From: an uncultured Woeseiaceae bacterium
GTDB lineage: Bacteria; Pseudomonadota; Gammaproteobacteria; Steroidobacterales; Woeseiaceae
Length of the DNA: 64,000 nt
Reading direction: 5' to 3'
Assembly: GCA_964602525.1 (NCBI GenBank)
Contig: CAZRSA010000001.1
Span: 20,024-84,023 of the forward strand
Below are positions 8,411 through 21,832 of this stretch, piece after piece. Made by a program: the position numbers and the translations under genes. Below the pieces are notes generated by a model, which was not told the DNA's origin, did not search any database, and was given only the letters and a program-made list of their open reading frames with translations. The stretch's first letter is position 1, and every line of letters starts with the position of its first letter.

Positions 8411-11400
8411 ATGTGGCTGGTGAACCGCGCCACGGAACGCCCGGTGACCGTACTGATGTTCTTCGTCGCCGTCGCCCTGTTCGGCACGGTTTCCCTCAGC
8501 CGGCTGGACGTGAATCTGCTGCCGGACCTCTCCTACCCCACCCTCACCGTGCGCACCGAACTGGAGGGCGCGGCACCCCAGGAGGTCGAGAATCTCCTCA
8601 GCAAGCCCATCGAGGAAGCGGTGGGCATCGTCAAGAACGTACGCAAGGTGCGCTCGCTTTCCCGCTCGGGCCAGTCCGACGTGACCATCGAATTCCTCTG
8701 GGGCACGGACATGAACCTGGCCAGCGTCGACGTCCGCGAGAAGCTGGACGTGCTGGAGCTGCCCCTGGAAGCCGACCGGCCCCTTCTGCTGCGTTTCGAC
8801 CCGGCCAGCGATCCGATCATGCGCTTCGCCCTGCGCCGCGCCGGCGACGAGGCGGAAAGCGCGGTCCTCTCGGCCAGCGAGCTGAAGCGACTGCGCCGGC
8901 TCGCCGAAGACGAACTGAAGCCGGCACTGGAGAACGTAGCCGGCGTCGCTGCGGTTAAGGTCAGCGGCGGGCTGGAAGAGGAGATCGAGATCCTGGTGGA
9001 CCAGGAGCGTCTCGCCCAGCTGGACCTCTCCATCGACGAGGTGGCCGAACGCATCCGGGCCGAGAATACCAACCTGTCCGGCGGCAGCCTCGAACAGGGC
9101 AACCAGCGCTTCCTGGTTCGCACGATCAACGAGTACCAGTCCGTGGAGGAATTCGCGAGCACGGTCATCGCCACCCGCGAGCGACGCCCGGTCTATCTCG
9201 GCGACATCGCGAAGGTGACACGGGGCTTCAAGGAACGCGAGGCCATCACGCGGGTGGACGGAGCCGAGGCGGTCGAACTCGCGGTGTACAAGGAAGGCGA
9301 CGGCAATACCGTGCAGATCGCCGGACGCACGGCCGGCCGCATGGAGGAGCTCACGGAAGACCTGCCCGACGGGCTCGAGGTGGTCGGCGTCCAGGACCAG
9401 TCCGGGTTCATCCGGGCCGCCATCGATCAGGTGGTGAACGCGGCGCTGCTCGGCGGCCTGCTGGCGGTGCTGGTGCTGTACGGCTTCCTGCGCGACGCGC
9501 GGGCCACCGTGATCATCGGTCTCGCCATCCCGGTCTCGGTCATCGGCACCTTCGCGCTGATGTACCTCTCCGGCCTGAGCCTGAACATCATGTCGCTGGG
9601 CGGCATCGCGCTCGCCGTGGGCCTGCTGGTGGACAACTCGATCGTGGTGCTCGAGAACATCGTGCGCAAGCGCGAGAGCGGTCTGGGCGTACTTGCTGCG
9701 GCCCGTGAGGGCGCCGGCGAGGTGGCCACCGCGGTCACCGCCGCCACACTCACGACGGTGGCCGTGTTCTTCCCCATGGTCTTCGTTACCGGCATCGCGG
9801 GTCAGCTGTTCCGTGACCAGTCGCTCACGGTCACCTACGCCCTGCTCTTCTCGCTGCTGCTGGCAGTCGTGCTCATCCCCATGCTCGCTTCCTCCGGCGG
9901 ACGGCAGGGCTACGCGGAGTCACGGGACGCCCGCCCGCCGGGCCGCATCGGCCGCGGACTCGGCTGGCTCGTCCGCACGGCGGGGCGCCTGTGGCATCTG
10001 CTCGCCGGCGGGCTGCGGCTGCTGCTCACGCCGGTCGTGCTGCTCTTCAGCGGCCTCAACCGTGCCGCTGCCGCCGTCTACGAGCGGCTGCTGCCGTGGG
10101 CGCTTGGCCACCGGGTGCTCGTGCTGGCGTCCGCCGCCGTGATCTTCTTAGGCTCCGCCGCTCTCGTCCCGCGGCTCGGCACCGAGCTCATCCCCCAGCT
10201 CTCCCAGGGCGAGTTCTCCGTCAACCTGCGCCGCGCCCCCGGAACGCCGCTCGGCGCCACGGATCAGGCCCTGCTCACCGCCTGGCATGCCGCAGCGCAG
10301 GTCCCCGGCGTGGAGCGCACCTACTCGGTGGCCGGCAGCGGCAACCGGCTCGACGCGAGCCCGGTGGACGCGGGCGAGCACACCGGCAGCCTGACGGTAC
10401 GCATGGCCGCGGATGCCGGCCGCGACGGCGAGTCTCTGGCCATGGCGCGAATACGCGACGACATCGCAGCCCTGCCGGGCGTGCAGTACGACTTCAGCCG
10501 CCCGGAGCTGCTCTCGCTGGCCACACCGCTCGAGATCGTGGTCAGCGGCTTCGACCTGGCCCGGCTGCGCGCGGCCGCCGACCGCATCACCGCCGCGCTG
10601 CGCGAGAATGACCGCTACGCCGACGTCCGCTCGAGCATCGAGGGCGGCAATCCGGAGATCCAGATCGCCTTCGACCAGGAGCTTGCCGCGAAGCTCGGCC
10701 TGTCCGTGCGCGATATCGCCGACCAGGTGGTGAACAGCGTCCGCGGCAATCTCGCCACCCGCTACAGCTGGCAGGACAAGAAGATCGACGTGATGGTGCG
10801 CAGCGTGGAGCGCAGCGCCGCGTCGCTGGAAGACGTGGGCGCACTCATCGTCAATCCGGCCAGCGACCGCCCGGTTACCCTCGACGACGTCGCCACCATA
10901 GTCCTGGCCGAAGGGCCAGCGGAGATCCGGCGCCTGGACCAGCAGCGCGCCGCCGTGATCTCGGCCAACATCGCCTACGGCGACCTCGGCGCGGCCGCGG
11001 ACGCCGCCGGGGACATGCTGCGCTCGCTGCAACTGCCGGCCGGGCTCAGCACCGACATCGTCGGCCAGAGCGAGGAGATGGAGGCCTCGCTAGCCTCCAT
11101 GCGCTTCACCCTGCTGCTGGCCGTGTTCCTGGTCTACCTGGTCATGGCCTCCCAGTTCGAGTCGCTGCGCCATCCTTTCGTGATCCTGTTCACCATCCCG
11201 CTGGCCCTGGTCGGCGCGGTGCTGGCGCTGTATCTCACCGGTACCACCATCAACGTGGTGGCATTCATCGGCGTGATCATGCTGGCCGGCATCGTGGTGA
11301 ACAACGCCATCGTTCTGATCGACCTCATCAATCAGCTGCGCCGTGCAGGCGTCGCGAAGACGGACGCCATCCTGGAGGCCGGGCGCAGTCGCCTGCGGCC

Positions 11401-11629
11401 CATCCTCATGACCACGCTCACCACGGCGCTCGGCCTGCTGCCCATGGCGCTGGGCTTCGGCGAGGGCGCCGAGATCCGCGCGCCCATGGCCATCACGGTG
11501 ATCGGCGGCCTGATGACCTCGACCGTGCTCACCCTGGTAGTGATCCCGGTGGTCTATTCCCTGGTGGAGCGCGGCGAGCGCCCCGCACCCGCCGCCGACG
11601 CGTCCTCACCGGCGCCGCAGCGAGCCTGA
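8411..11629 (+). CDS. RND efflux permease (AcrB/MdtB-like), first of two in tandem
   Basis: 1072 aa with 12-TM RND architecture. Conserved [14 protein letters not shown] and [13 protein letters not shown]4/TM10 blocks. Confidence 0.9.
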   Translation: MWLVNRATERPVTVLMFFVAVALFGTVSLSRLDVNLLPDLSYPTLTVRTELEGAAPQEVENLLSKPIEEAVGIVKNVRKVRSLSRSGQSDVTIEFLWGTDMNLASVDVREKLDVLELPLEADRPLLLRFDPASDPIMRFALRRAGDEAESAVLSASELKRLRRLAEDELKPALENVAGVAAVKVSGGLEEEIEILVDQERLAQLDLSIDEVAERIRAENTNLSGGSLEQGNQRFLVRTINEYQSVEEFASTVIATRERRPVYLGDIAKVTRGFKEREAITRVDGAEAVELAVYKEGDGNTVQIAGRTAGRMEELTEDLPDGLEVVGVQDQSGFIRAAIDQVVNAALLGGLLAVLVLYGFLRDARATVIIGLAIPVSVIGTFALMYLSGLSLNIMSLGGIALAVGLLVDNSIVVLENIVRKRESGLGVLAAAREGAGEVATAVTAATLTTVAVFFPMVFVTGIAGQLFRDQSLTVTYALLFSLLLAVVLIPMLASSGGRQGYAESRDARPPGRIGRGLGWLVRTAGRLWHLLAGGLRLLLTPVVLLFSGLNRAAAAVYERLLPWALGHRVLVLASAAVIFLGSAALVPRLGTELIPQLSQGEFSVNLRRAPGTPLGATDQALLTAWHAAAQVPGVERTYSVAGSGNRLDASPVDAGEHTGSLTVRMAADAGRDGESLAMARIRDDIAALPGVQYDFSRPELLSLATPLEIVVSGFDLARLRAAADRITAALRENDRYADVRSSIEGGNPEIQIAFDQELAAKLGLSVRDIADQVVNSVRGNLATRYSWQDKKIDVMVRSVERSAASLEDVGALIVNPASDRPVTLDDVATIVLAEGPAEIRRLDQQRAAVISANIAYGDLGAAADAAGDMLRSLQLPAGLSTDIVGQSEEMEASLASMRFTLLLAVFLVYLVMASQFESLRHPFVILFTIPLALVGAVLALYLTGTTINVVAFIGVIMLAGIVVNNAIVLIDLINQLRRAGVAKTDAILEAGRSRLRPILMTTLTTALGLLPMALGFGEGAEIRAPMAITVIGGLMTSTVLTLVVIPVVYSLVERGERPAPAADASSPAPQRA

Positions 11630-11645
11630 CGAGGGGGGGGCCGGC

Positions 11646-14600
11646 ATGCGCCACACTGAATTCTCACTGCGCCGGCCGGTCACGGTCACCATGATCTTCG
11701 CGGCGCTGGCCGGCATCGGCCTGATTTCGTCCCGGCTGCTCCCGCTCGAACAATTCCCGGATATCGAGTGGCCGGGCTTTTTCATCAACATCCCCTACGA
11801 GGGTTCCACGCCGGAAGAGGTCGAGCGGCTGATCACCCGGCCTGCCGAGGCGGCACTGTCCACCCTCTCCGGCGTCAAGCGCATGAACTCCACCTCCCGC
11901 GCCGACGGCGCGCAGATCTGGATGGAGTACGGCTTCAACTCCAACGCGGCGACGGAGGCAGTGGAGGCCCGGGTGAAGCTGGACGCCATCCGCGACGACC
12001 TGCCGCCGGACCTCAAGCGCATCATGGTCTACAGCGGCTCACTGAACGACGAGCCCATCATGACGCTGCGCCTGTCCTCCGACCGGGACCTCTCGCAGGA
12101 GTACCTGATGCTCGACCGGGTACTGAAGCGCCGTATCGAGCGCATCGAGGGGGTCTCCAAGGTGGAGCTGCAGGGCGTAGAGCCGCCGGAAGTGCGCATC
12201 CTGCTCGACTCCGGCCGCGTCGCCGCCCACGGCATCAACCTCTACGAGCTCTACGAACTCCTGCAGCGCAGCAACTTCTCCGTGAGCGCGGGACGGCTGG
12301 AGAGCGGCGAGCAGCGCTGGACGCTGCGCTCCGACGGCGAGCTCCGCAGCCTGGCGGAGATCGGCAACCTGATCGTCGACGGCGGCAACCTGCGCCTGGC
12401 GGACATCGCGGAAATCCGGCTGGTGCCCGAGGAGCGTGACTACGGCCGTCACCTCGACGGCCGCGAGGCGGTCGGCCTCAGCGTCACCCGCGCCAGCGGT
12501 GCGAACATGGTGCAGGTGGCCGACCGGGTCAACGAGGAGCTGGAACGCATCGCCGAGCTGCCCTCGATGCGGGGCATCCGCATCTTCAATATCGACAACA
12601 AGGCGGACAGTGTCCGCTCGTCGCTGGTCAATCTGCTGCAGGCGGGGCTCATCGGCTCCGTGCTGGCGGTGCTGGTGCTCTATCTGTTCCTGCGCCAGAT
12701 CACCACCACGCTCATCGTCATGCTGGCGGTGCCCATTTCGCTGGTCATCACACTGGGTGTGATGTACTTCAGCGGCCTCACACTGAACATCCTCACCCTG
12801 ATGGGGCTGATGCTCGCGGTCGGCATGCTGGTGGACAACTCCGTGGTGATCACCGAGAGCATCTTCCGTTACCGCCAGAAATACCCCGGCGAGCCGCAGC
12901 GCGCAGCGCTGGCCGGCGTGAATGAGGTGGGACTCGCCGTGATCGCCAGCACCGCCACCTCGGTCTGCGTGTTCCTGCCGATCGTCTTCGGCGAGCAGAT
13001 CGACATCACCGTGTTCCTCTGGCACGTCGGCGTCACCATCTCGGTGGCCATCGTGCTCTCGCTGCTGGTCTCCCAGACGCTGATCCCGCTGCTGGCCAGC
13101 CGGGTCCCGGCGCCGCCCCCGTCGAGAGCGGGCAGCTTCATGGCCGGACTCGCGGAGCGCTACTCCCGGGCGCTGGCCTGGACGCTGGCCCACCCGCGCT
13201 GGTCGGCGCTGGCCGCCGTCATCGTGCTCGTCTCGCCCGCCGCGCCCATCGGTCTCGGCATGCTGCAGACGGACATGTTTCCACAGGAGCCGTCGCGGCG
13301 GCTGGAACTCATCTATCACATCGACGACGTCTACCCGGTGGAACGGGTGGAGATGGCCGTCGACCGCATGGAGGCATTCCTGTTCGAGAACGCCGAGCGC
13401 CTGGACATCGAGTCGGTCTACAGCTACTACGATACGGGCCGGGCCCAGTCCAGCATCCTGCTGACCGAGGGCGACGCCGTCACCGTGGACGCCCGGCAGG
13501 TGATGGACACCATCCTCGAGGAGATGCCCGAGCTCGTCATCGGCAAGCCCGACTTCCAGTGGCAGCAACAGGGCGGCGGTCCGGGCTTCGGCGTCACGCT
13601 GACGGGCGAGTCCACCGAGCGCCTCGCCGAACTCGCCCGGGAGGCCTGGCGAGTACTCTCCACCGTCGAGGGCCTGGAGGGACTCACCTCCGACCTGGTT
13701 GCGGGACCGCGGGAGGTGCAGGTGGTGGTGGACCGGGAACGGGCGGCGCGTATCGGGCTGACCAGCCGGGCCGTCGGCCAGGCCGTCGCGGTGGCGATGC
13801 GCGGCCAGCCGCTGCGAGAATTCCGCACGCCGGACGGCGAGATCGGCGTGCGCCTCGCCTTCCGCGAGGACGATCGACAGACCATGGAACAGCTCGCCAA
13901 CCTCACCATCATGGCGCCCTCGGGCGAGCGCGTGCTGCTGGGCGCGGTCGCCGATCTGCACGAGCGCAGCGGCCCGCGCCAGATCCGGCGCACCGACCGC
14001 AGGACCTCGGTGAAGATCTCGGGCTCCATCGACGGCGACAGCTCGATGTCGGAGGTCCGGCCCGTGGTTCAGCAGCTCATGGACCAGATCGACTATCCGC
14101 CCGGCTACGCCTGGAGCTTCGGCGAGGGCGTGGACCGCAGCGACGAGACCAGGCAACTCCTCTTGCAGAACATCCTGCTGGGCGTCGCGCTCATCTTCAT
14201 CGTGATGGCAGCGCTGTTCGAGTCCGTGCTCTACCCCGTCTCCATCATGGTCTCGCTGATCTACTCGATCACGGGCGTAATCTGGTTCCTGGCCCTCACC
14301 GGCACCACCATGAGCTTCATGGCCATGATCGGCATCATGATCCTGATCGGCATCGTGGTGAACAACGGTATCGTGCTCGTGGACCACATCAACAACCTGC
14401 GCCGTGAGGGCATGCCCCGGGAACAGGCGGTGCTGGAAGGTGCGCGGGACCGGCTGCGTCCCATCCTGATGACGGTGGCGACCACGGTCCTGGGGCTGCT
14501 GCCTCTGGCCATCTCAACCACCAAGATCGGCGGCGACGGACCGTCCTATTTCCCGATGGCGCGGGCGATCATCGGCGGCCTCGCCTTCTCCACGGTCACT

Positions 14601-14705
14601 TCACTGTTGCTGGTACCGCTGGTGTACGTGAGCCTGGACCGGGCGAAGAACTGGGTGACACGGGTACGCCACCACGCCAGGGCGGACGCATCGGCCTCCG
14701 CCTGA
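11646..14705 (+). CDS. RND efflux permease (AcrB/MdtC-like), second of two in tandem
   Basis: 1019 aa with GMLVDNSVVITESI and IVVNNGIVLVDHIN blocks. Starts 16 nt after the previous permease. Confidence 0.9.
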   Translation: MRHTEFSLRRPVTVTMIFAALAGIGLISSRLLPLEQFPDIEWPGFFINIPYEGSTPEEVERLITRPAEAALSTLSGVKRMNSTSRADGAQIWMEYGFNSNAATEAVEARVKLDAIRDDLPPDLKRIMVYSGSLNDEPIMTLRLSSDRDLSQEYLMLDRVLKRRIERIEGVSKVELQGVEPPEVRILLDSGRVAAHGINLYELYELLQRSNFSVSAGRLESGEQRWTLRSDGELRSLAEIGNLIVDGGNLRLADIAEIRLVPEERDYGRHLDGREAVGLSVTRASGANMVQVADRVNEELERIAELPSMRGIRIFNIDNKADSVRSSLVNLLQAGLIGSVLAVLVLYLFLRQITTTLIVMLAVPISLVITLGVMYFSGLTLNILTLMGLMLAVGMLVDNSVVITESIFRYRQKYPGEPQRAALAGVNEVGLAVIASTATSVCVFLPIVFGEQIDITVFLWHVGVTISVAIVLSLLVSQTLIPLLASRVPAPPPSRAGSFMAGLAERYSRALAWTLAHPRWSALAAVIVLVSPAAPIGLGMLQTDMFPQEPSRRLELIYHIDDVYPVERVEMAVDRMEAFLFENAERLDIESVYSYYDTGRAQSSILLTEGDAVTVDARQVMDTILEEMPELVIGKPDFQWQQQGGGPGFGVTLTGESTERLAELAREAWRVLSTVEGLEGLTSDLVAGPREVQVVVDRERAARIGLTSRAVGQAVAVAMRGQPLREFRTPDGEIGVRLAFREDDRQTMEQLANLTIMAPSGERVLLGAVADLHERSGPRQIRRTDRRTSVKISGSIDGDSSMSEVRPVVQQLMDQIDYPPGYAWSFGEGVDRSDETRQLLLQNILLGVALIFIVMAALFESVLYPVSIMVSLIYSITGVIWFLALTGTTMSFMAMIGIMILIGIVVNNGIVLVDHINNLRREGMPREQAVLEGARDRLRPILMTVATTVLGLLPLAISTTKIGGDGPSYFPMARAIIGGLAFSTVTSLLLVPLVYVSLDRAKNWVTRVRHHARADASASA

Positions 14706-14732
14706 GGCGGTCCACCGCGCATCGGCGGACGC

Positions 14733-15767
14733 TCAGGTCAGCAGCACGTCGGTGACGTGCCAGAACTCCTCGGCGAGCACGTTCACGTTCGGCTCGTCGA
14801 TGTCGGCGGAATCGCCGGCCGCCTCCAGCGACTCCGGCAGCGGCACGGTGTCGCCGCGGCGCTCGTAGCGGGCGCGTCCGCTCAACACCTGGGTGCGCCG
14901 GCGAACCTCGACCGCGAATTCGCCGCCGGTCTCCGCCTCTTCCAGCGCCTTCAGCCGCCCGCTCAGCCGGGTGAGCAGCATGTCGCAGTCCCGGTCGCTG
15001 CCGTAGTCGATGCTGCCCGGCGTGCGCTCCATGGCCGCGCGGGCCATCTCGGTGAAGCCGAAAGCCGAGAAGTGCCGGTAGAGGTATTCGGCCAGGGCGA
15101 TCACCATGCAGTTCACGAGCCGCCTGCCCTGCACCGAAAGGCCGGGGTAATCCGGCGGCGTCGCCTTCTGCAGCCGGCCGTACTCCCGCGTCAGCTCTTC
15201 TGCCTGCGCCGACACCTCCTCGAGCTCGGTCTCCAGGGGCTCGCGCTCGGCCCGGATCGCCCGGCGACGGAAGAAGTTCCAGAAGCTCCGCAGCGCCGCC
15301 AGGCGCTCGTCGCTGTCCTTGAGCGCCGCCTCGAGCTCCCGCCGTCGCGCCCGTGCACGGTCGAGCCGACCGGCCGCCTCGCGCCGCAGCGCGGTCTGCT
15401 CCGTTGCCCACGCGGCCAGCAGGCGCTTGCGCTCCCGCTCCGTGACGTGGGTGGTCATCTGGCCGGCGAATTTCTCCAGGCGAGCGTGGCAGCGCTTCCA
15501 TACCCCGCGGATCTGGTAAAACACCACGGCCCGGTTGGCCGCGGTACGGTCGGCCAGCAGCTCCTCCAGCGCATCGAGCTTCTGCTGCAGGCGCGCGTTG
15601 CGGCCCTCCTGAGCCTTGAGCTGATCCAGCAGCTCAAAGCGCTCCTTGCGCAGCCGCGAGTATTCCTTCTTCAGCTCCGCACGGTTCCAGTACAGGTGCA
15701 GCAGCTTGTCGTCGTCCTGCTCGACCTGGGCGTCCGGAGAACCGAAGAGTTGTGCCAGTGCTGCCAT
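14733..15767 (-). CDS. hypothetical protein, long coiled-coil N-half plus unknown C-terminal domain
   Basis: 344 aa from MAALAQLFG; the track ORF extends further upstream and an alternative ATG ends at 15863. Heptad-like charged segments; no family recognised. Confidence 0.5.
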   Translation of the reverse strand: MAALAQLFGSPDAQVEQDDDKLLHLYWNRAELKKEYSRLRKERFELLDQLKAQEGRNARLQQKLDALEELLADRTAANRAVVFYQIRGVWKRCHARLEKFAGQMTTHVTERERKRLLAAWATEQTALRREAAGRLDRARARRRELEAALKDSDERLAALRSFWNFFRRRAIRAEREPLETELEEVSAQAEELTREYGRLQKATPPDYPGLSVQGRRLVNCMVIALAEYLYRHFSAFGFTEMARAAMERTPGSIDYGSDRDCDMLLTRLSGRLKALEEAETGGEFAVEVRRRTQVLSGRARYERRGDTVPLPESLEAAGDSADIDEPNVNVLAEEFWHVTDVLLT

Positions 15768-15916
15768 CGGCGTGCCCTTGACATAATCGGCGCCCGCACC
15801 GCCGCGGCCGGCGGGAACCGTTGCTATGGGCGAATGCTGGCAGCTCCGCGCCGGCGGTTCCATGACCCGATCGACACTTTCGGCGGCGGGGTATCGTGCG
15901 GAGGCGAAGCGGCGGC

Positions 15917-16405
15917 TCAGCCCGGCCGGGGGGCCGCCGGGGCGAACGCGTGGCTGCGGTCCAGGCAGTACTCCAGCCACTTGTTCAGCATGACGTTTCG
16001 CGCCCAGCGGCTGTCGAGCTCGCTGCGGAACTCGCTGGCGAGGCGGCGGAACAGCTCGTGATGGTGCTGTTCGGTGAGGCGCATCGCTTCCGCGAGGCAG
16101 CCGTCGAAATACACCCGCACCGTGAGATCGGGGTCGGACACCGAGCCGCCCGCCTCCTCGAAGCGGTAGGTCATGGCGAGGGTCGAGGTATAGGGCGTGC
16201 GTTCCAGTACACTCAGATGCAGATCACAGTCGCCGTCCACCCGGGAGACGTACTCGCCGTGCATGTCACGCAGCCCCGGTGCCATGCGCAGCAGCCGCAG
16301 GTAGTTGCTCTCGTACAGCGTCATCAGCCCGGCGAAACTGCGCGGGCGGACGATGGTCTGCGGCAATATGAGGCTGTCGGCGATCATGGGCGGAATATAG
16401 CACAT
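15917..16405 (-). CDS. DUF1249 (YqiB-like) family protein
   Basis: LYESNYLRLLRMAP...DLHLSVLERTPYTSTLAMTYRF...VRVYFDGCLAEA resembles the DUF1249 family. Start is ATG at 16405 or 16387. Confidence 0.55.
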   Translation of the reverse strand: MCYIPPMIADSLILPQTIVRPRSFAGLMTLYESNYLRLLRMAPGLRDMHGEYVSRVDGDCDLHLSVLERTPYTSTLAMTYRFEEAGGSVSDPDLTVRVYFDGCLAEAMRLTEQHHHELFRRLASEFRSELDSRWARNVMLNKWLEYCLDRSHAFAPAAPRPG

Positions 16406-16475
16406 GGCCGGCATCGTCCTGCGCGCCCAGAAATCGCCGCCGAAATCAAGGTTTACGTCTTGCCGAGGCCGTGAT

Positions 16476-17300
16476 CTAGGGACGCGTACGACGCTCGAGA
16501 CCGGTGCTGTCGAGGATGCGGCTGGAGATCTCCTCGATGGAGAATTCCGTGGTGTCGATGTAGGGGATGCTGTAGCGGCGGAACAGCTTTTCCGCCTCGC
16601 GCAGCTCGTAGCGCACCTGCTGGGCACTCGCGTAGCGGCCCTTCGAGCGGCGCTCGCGGCGGATCTGCTGCAGCCGCGCCGGCGCGATGGTCAGGCCGAA
16701 CAGCTTCTGGCGGTGCTTCAGCAGCAGGCCGGGCAGCTCGCTGCTCTCGAATTCCTCCTCGGTGAGCGGGAAATTGGCCGCGTAGACGCCGTACTGCAGC
16801 GCGAGATACAGGCAGGTGGGCGTCTTGCCCGAGCGGGAGACGCCGATCAGGATCACGTCAGCCTGCTCGTAATTGCGCACCGTCGCGCCGTCGTCGTTGG
16901 CCAGCGCGAAGTTGGTGGCCTCGATGCGCTTCATGTAGGCGTTTGGGTCGGAGACGCCGTGGGCCTTGCCTGCCGAATGCGACGACTCCTGTTCCAGCTC
17001 CTCTTCCAGTTCGCCGAGGAAGGCGTCGAAAATATCGAGATAAAGGCCCTTCGAACCCTGTATGATGCGGCGCAGATCATCGTGAACGAGCGTGCTGAAG
17101 ACGATCGGACGGATGCCTTCGCGGCGCGCCGCGTCGTTGATTTTTTTCAGCGCAGCCAGTGCCTTGTCATCATTGTCGATAAATGGCAAAGTCACCTGCC
17201 GGAAATCCTGGCTGTCGAATTGGGTGAGCAGGCTGTGGCCCAGCGTCTCGGCCGTGACGCCGGTCTGGTCGGACAGAAAAAAGACGGTTCTTTGGCCCAT
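16476..17300 (-). CDS. ppsR: PEP synthase regulatory protein (pyruvate, water dikinase kinase/phosphorylase; DUF299)
   Basis: [22 protein letters not shown] and the P-loop [15 protein letters not shown]. Divergent from ppsA, as in E. coli ydiA/ppsA. Confidence 0.9.
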   Translation of the reverse strand: MGQRTVFFLSDQTGVTAETLGHSLLTQFDSQDFRQVTLPFIDNDDKALAALKKINDAARREGIRPIVFSTLVHDDLRRIIQGSKGLYLDIFDAFLGELEEELEQESSHSAGKAHGVSDPNAYMKRIEATNFALANDDGATVRNYEQADVILIGVSRSGKTPTCLYLALQYGVYAANFPLTEEEFESSELPGLLLKHRQKLFGLTIAPARLQQIRRERRSKGRYASAQQVRYELREAEKLFRRYSIPYIDTTEFSIEEISSRILDSTGLERRTRP

Positions 17301-17344
17301 GGTTCGATCCGCGACGCGAGACTCAACGCGAGGGTCGTTGGATT

Positions 17345-19744
<2,400 letters not shown>

Positions 19745-19762
19745 CGCCGGCCGTCCCGTCTC

Positions 19763-20464
19763 TCAGAAGCTGTCGCTCCAGCGCGAGCGCTTGCGCCAGC
19801 GGATCCTGGGCACGATGATGCCCACCAGCACGCCCGCCAGCAGCACGGCGGCACCCGCGATGAACCAGTCCCGGTTGCGTCGGCTCGCGAGTTGACCGTT
19901 CTCCTGCTGCAGGGCGGCGATCTGCACTTCCGCCGTGGACAGCTGCTCGCGCAGGGCATTGTTCTCCGCGTTGATGGCGAGCACGTTCGCCGCCGTGCGC
20001 CGGATCTCCGCGAGCTCCGCCTCCAGCTGCTTGTTCTCGGCCTCCACCGTGCGGATGCGTGCCTCCGCCTCCTGCTTGGCCCGGGTCAGGTCGTCGAGCT
20101 GCGCGCCGAGGTCGCCGCTCTGGTTGCGGATGGTCTCCAGCCGCCCGCGCATGTCGGCGAGCCGATCCCGCGCCGCCGGTTCCGCCATGAGGTATCGGGT
20201 GAGCACCCAGCCCTCGGTCCCGCCGAGGGTGCGCACGCGGGTATAGCCGCTGTCCGCGTCTTCCTCCAGCGTCTCCAGCTGCGTGCCGCTCTGCAGCATG
20301 CGGACGATCTGGTTGGCGGTGCTCGGCCCCGTCCGCATGGTGATCTCGAACTCGTCGGATACGTAGCGGGTCTCCGCCACGGCCGCCTGACTCAGCACCG
20401 CCAGGAGCAGTGCCACCAAATAAGGTGTGATGTGAAGGAGTGTCTTCAAGTTCCTGAAACCCAT
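19763..20464 (-). CDS. bacterial SH3-domain protein (YgiM/TIGR04211-like) with coiled coil and C-terminal TM anchor
   Basis: Signal peptide, SH3b segment RYVSDEFEITMRTGPSTANQIVRMLQSGTQLE...GWVLTRYL, coiled coil, and TM segment WFIAGAAVLLAGVLVGIIV. Confidence 0.7.
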   Translation of the reverse strand: MGFRNLKTLLHITPYLVALLLAVLSQAAVAETRYVSDEFEITMRTGPSTANQIVRMLQSGTQLETLEEDADSGYTRVRTLGGTEGWVLTRYLMAEPAARDRLADMRGRLETIRNQSGDLGAQLDDLTRAKQEAEARIRTVEAENKQLEAELAEIRRTAANVLAINAENNALREQLSTAEVQIAALQQENGQLASRRNRDWFIAGAAVLLAGVLVGIIVPRIRWRKRSRWSDSF

Positions 20465-20542
20465 ATTGAATTGCGTCCGTAAGGCCGCATCAGCACCGAC
20501 TATAATGCAAGGCTCGTCGCGGTACCAGCCACCCCCTGCCCC

Positions 20543-21163
20543 TCAGTCAGCGCGCCTCCGCTGCCAGACGAGCAGCAGGTTGTTGGCCGGCATCGCATAC
20601 TCGGCCTCACGCTCCAGGCCGTGACGGGCCGCCGCCCGGTCCATGTCCTCGACATCCCGGATGCCCATGGCCGCATCCCGCCCGCGGAGCTGGCGGTCGA
20701 ACCGGCGGTTGCTCTCGCTGGTCTGCTCGCCGCCCCGGGAGAAGGGCCCGTAAATCAACAGCAGACCCCCGGGCTCCAGCACCCGGGCGACGCCCTCCAG
20801 CATGGCGCAGACCCCGGCCCAGCTCATGATGTGAGCGGTGTTCGCCGAGTAGACCGCATCGAAGCGTCCGGCCGGCCACTGGTCTCGCAACACGTCCAGC
20901 ACGAGCGGTGCCGGCATCGCCGGCCCGTCGGCTGCCGCGAGCCCGGCCGCGAGTCCGGGCAGATTGGCCTCAACGTCACTCGCCTGCCACTCGATGCCGG
21001 GAAGCTCCGTGGCGAAGAAGCGTGCATGCTGGCCGGTGCCGGCACCGATCTCCAGCACCCGCCGGCCGGACCCGAGATGGCGGCGCAGTACTGCCAGGAT
21101 CGGCCGGCGATTACGCTCGGCCGCGGGCGAGAATGGCGGCTGCGCGGTCACGGTCGCAGTCAC
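20543..21163 (-). CDS. DUF938 class I SAM-dependent methyltransferase
   Basis: PFSPAAERNRRPIL...VLEIGAGTGQHARFFA...YSANTAHIMSW...LLIYGPF...SNRRFD matches the DUF938 pattern. Confidence 0.75.
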   Translation of the reverse strand: MTATVTAQPPFSPAAERNRRPILAVLRRHLGSGRRVLEIGAGTGQHARFFATELPGIEWQASDVEANLPGLAAGLAAADGPAMPAPLVLDVLRDQWPAGRFDAVYSANTAHIMSWAGVCAMLEGVARVLEPGGLLLIYGPFSRGGEQTSESNRRFDRQLRGRDAAMGIRDVEDMDRAAARHGLEREAEYAMPANNLLLVWQRRRAD

Positions 21164-21169
21164 CCGGAG

Positions 21170-21736
21170 TCAGCCGGTCTGCATCGCCGCCACGGAGAAC
21201 AGATGCTCCCGGTAGTGGCGCAGCTCGGCGATGGAGTCCCGGATATCGTCCAGCGCGCGGTGACTCGACTCCTTGCGGAAGCCCGCGGCCACCGGCGGCG
21301 CCCACAGGCCGGCCAGTATCTTCAGCGTGCTCACATCCAGATTGCGGTAGTGGAAGAACGCCTCCAGCCCGGGCATGCAGCGGGCCAGGAAGCGCCGGTC
21401 CTGGCAGATGCTGTTGCCGCACATCGGCGAGCTTCCCGGCTCGACGTGCTGGCGCAGGAAGGCGAGCGTCGCCTGCTCCGCCTGGGCCTCGGTCACCCGA
21501 CTCTCGGCCACCCGCGCCGTGAGGCCGGAGGCGCCGTGCTGGGTGCGGTTCCACTCGTCCATCCGGGCCATCACCTCATCCGGCTGGTGGATGGCCAGCA
21601 CGGGCCCTTCGGCGATCTCGTTCAGGTCCGCATCGGTGACGATGGTGGCGATCTCGATGATCTGGTCGTTCACCGTATCGAGCCCCGTCATCTCGAGATC
21701 GATCCAGATCAGGTGGTCACGGCCTTTCCCTGCCAT
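21170..21736 (-). CDS. orn: oligoribonuclease
   Basis: [12 protein letters not shown]...[10 protein letters not shown]...[12 protein letters not shown]...[18 protein letters not shown] (DEDDh exonuclease motifs). In-frame alternative ATGs end at 21751 and 21763. Confidence 0.9.
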   Translation of the reverse strand: MAGKGRDHLIWIDLEMTGLDTVNDQIIEIATIVTDADLNEIAEGPVLAIHQPDEVMARMDEWNRTQHGASGLTARVAESRVTEAQAEQATLAFLRQHVEPGSSPMCGNSICQDRRFLARCMPGLEAFFHYRNLDVSTLKILAGLWAPPVAAGFRKESSHRALDDIRDSIAELRHYREHLFSVAAMQTG

Positions 21737-21832
21737 ACTCGCGTCCGTCATAAGGTCCGCCATCCCGGAAATCTGGCGGGCAGTGTAGCAGAGGGCCGCA
21801 CGCGGCCGAGCCGGGGCGCCTATACTTCGGTC

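Noticed and set aside
12039-14387. 782-aa ORF on the - strand inside the second tandem RND permease
   Set aside because: Same antisense artefact: a His/Asp/Gly/Arg-rich translation with no membrane or enzyme motif. The sense strand encodes a complete RND permease.
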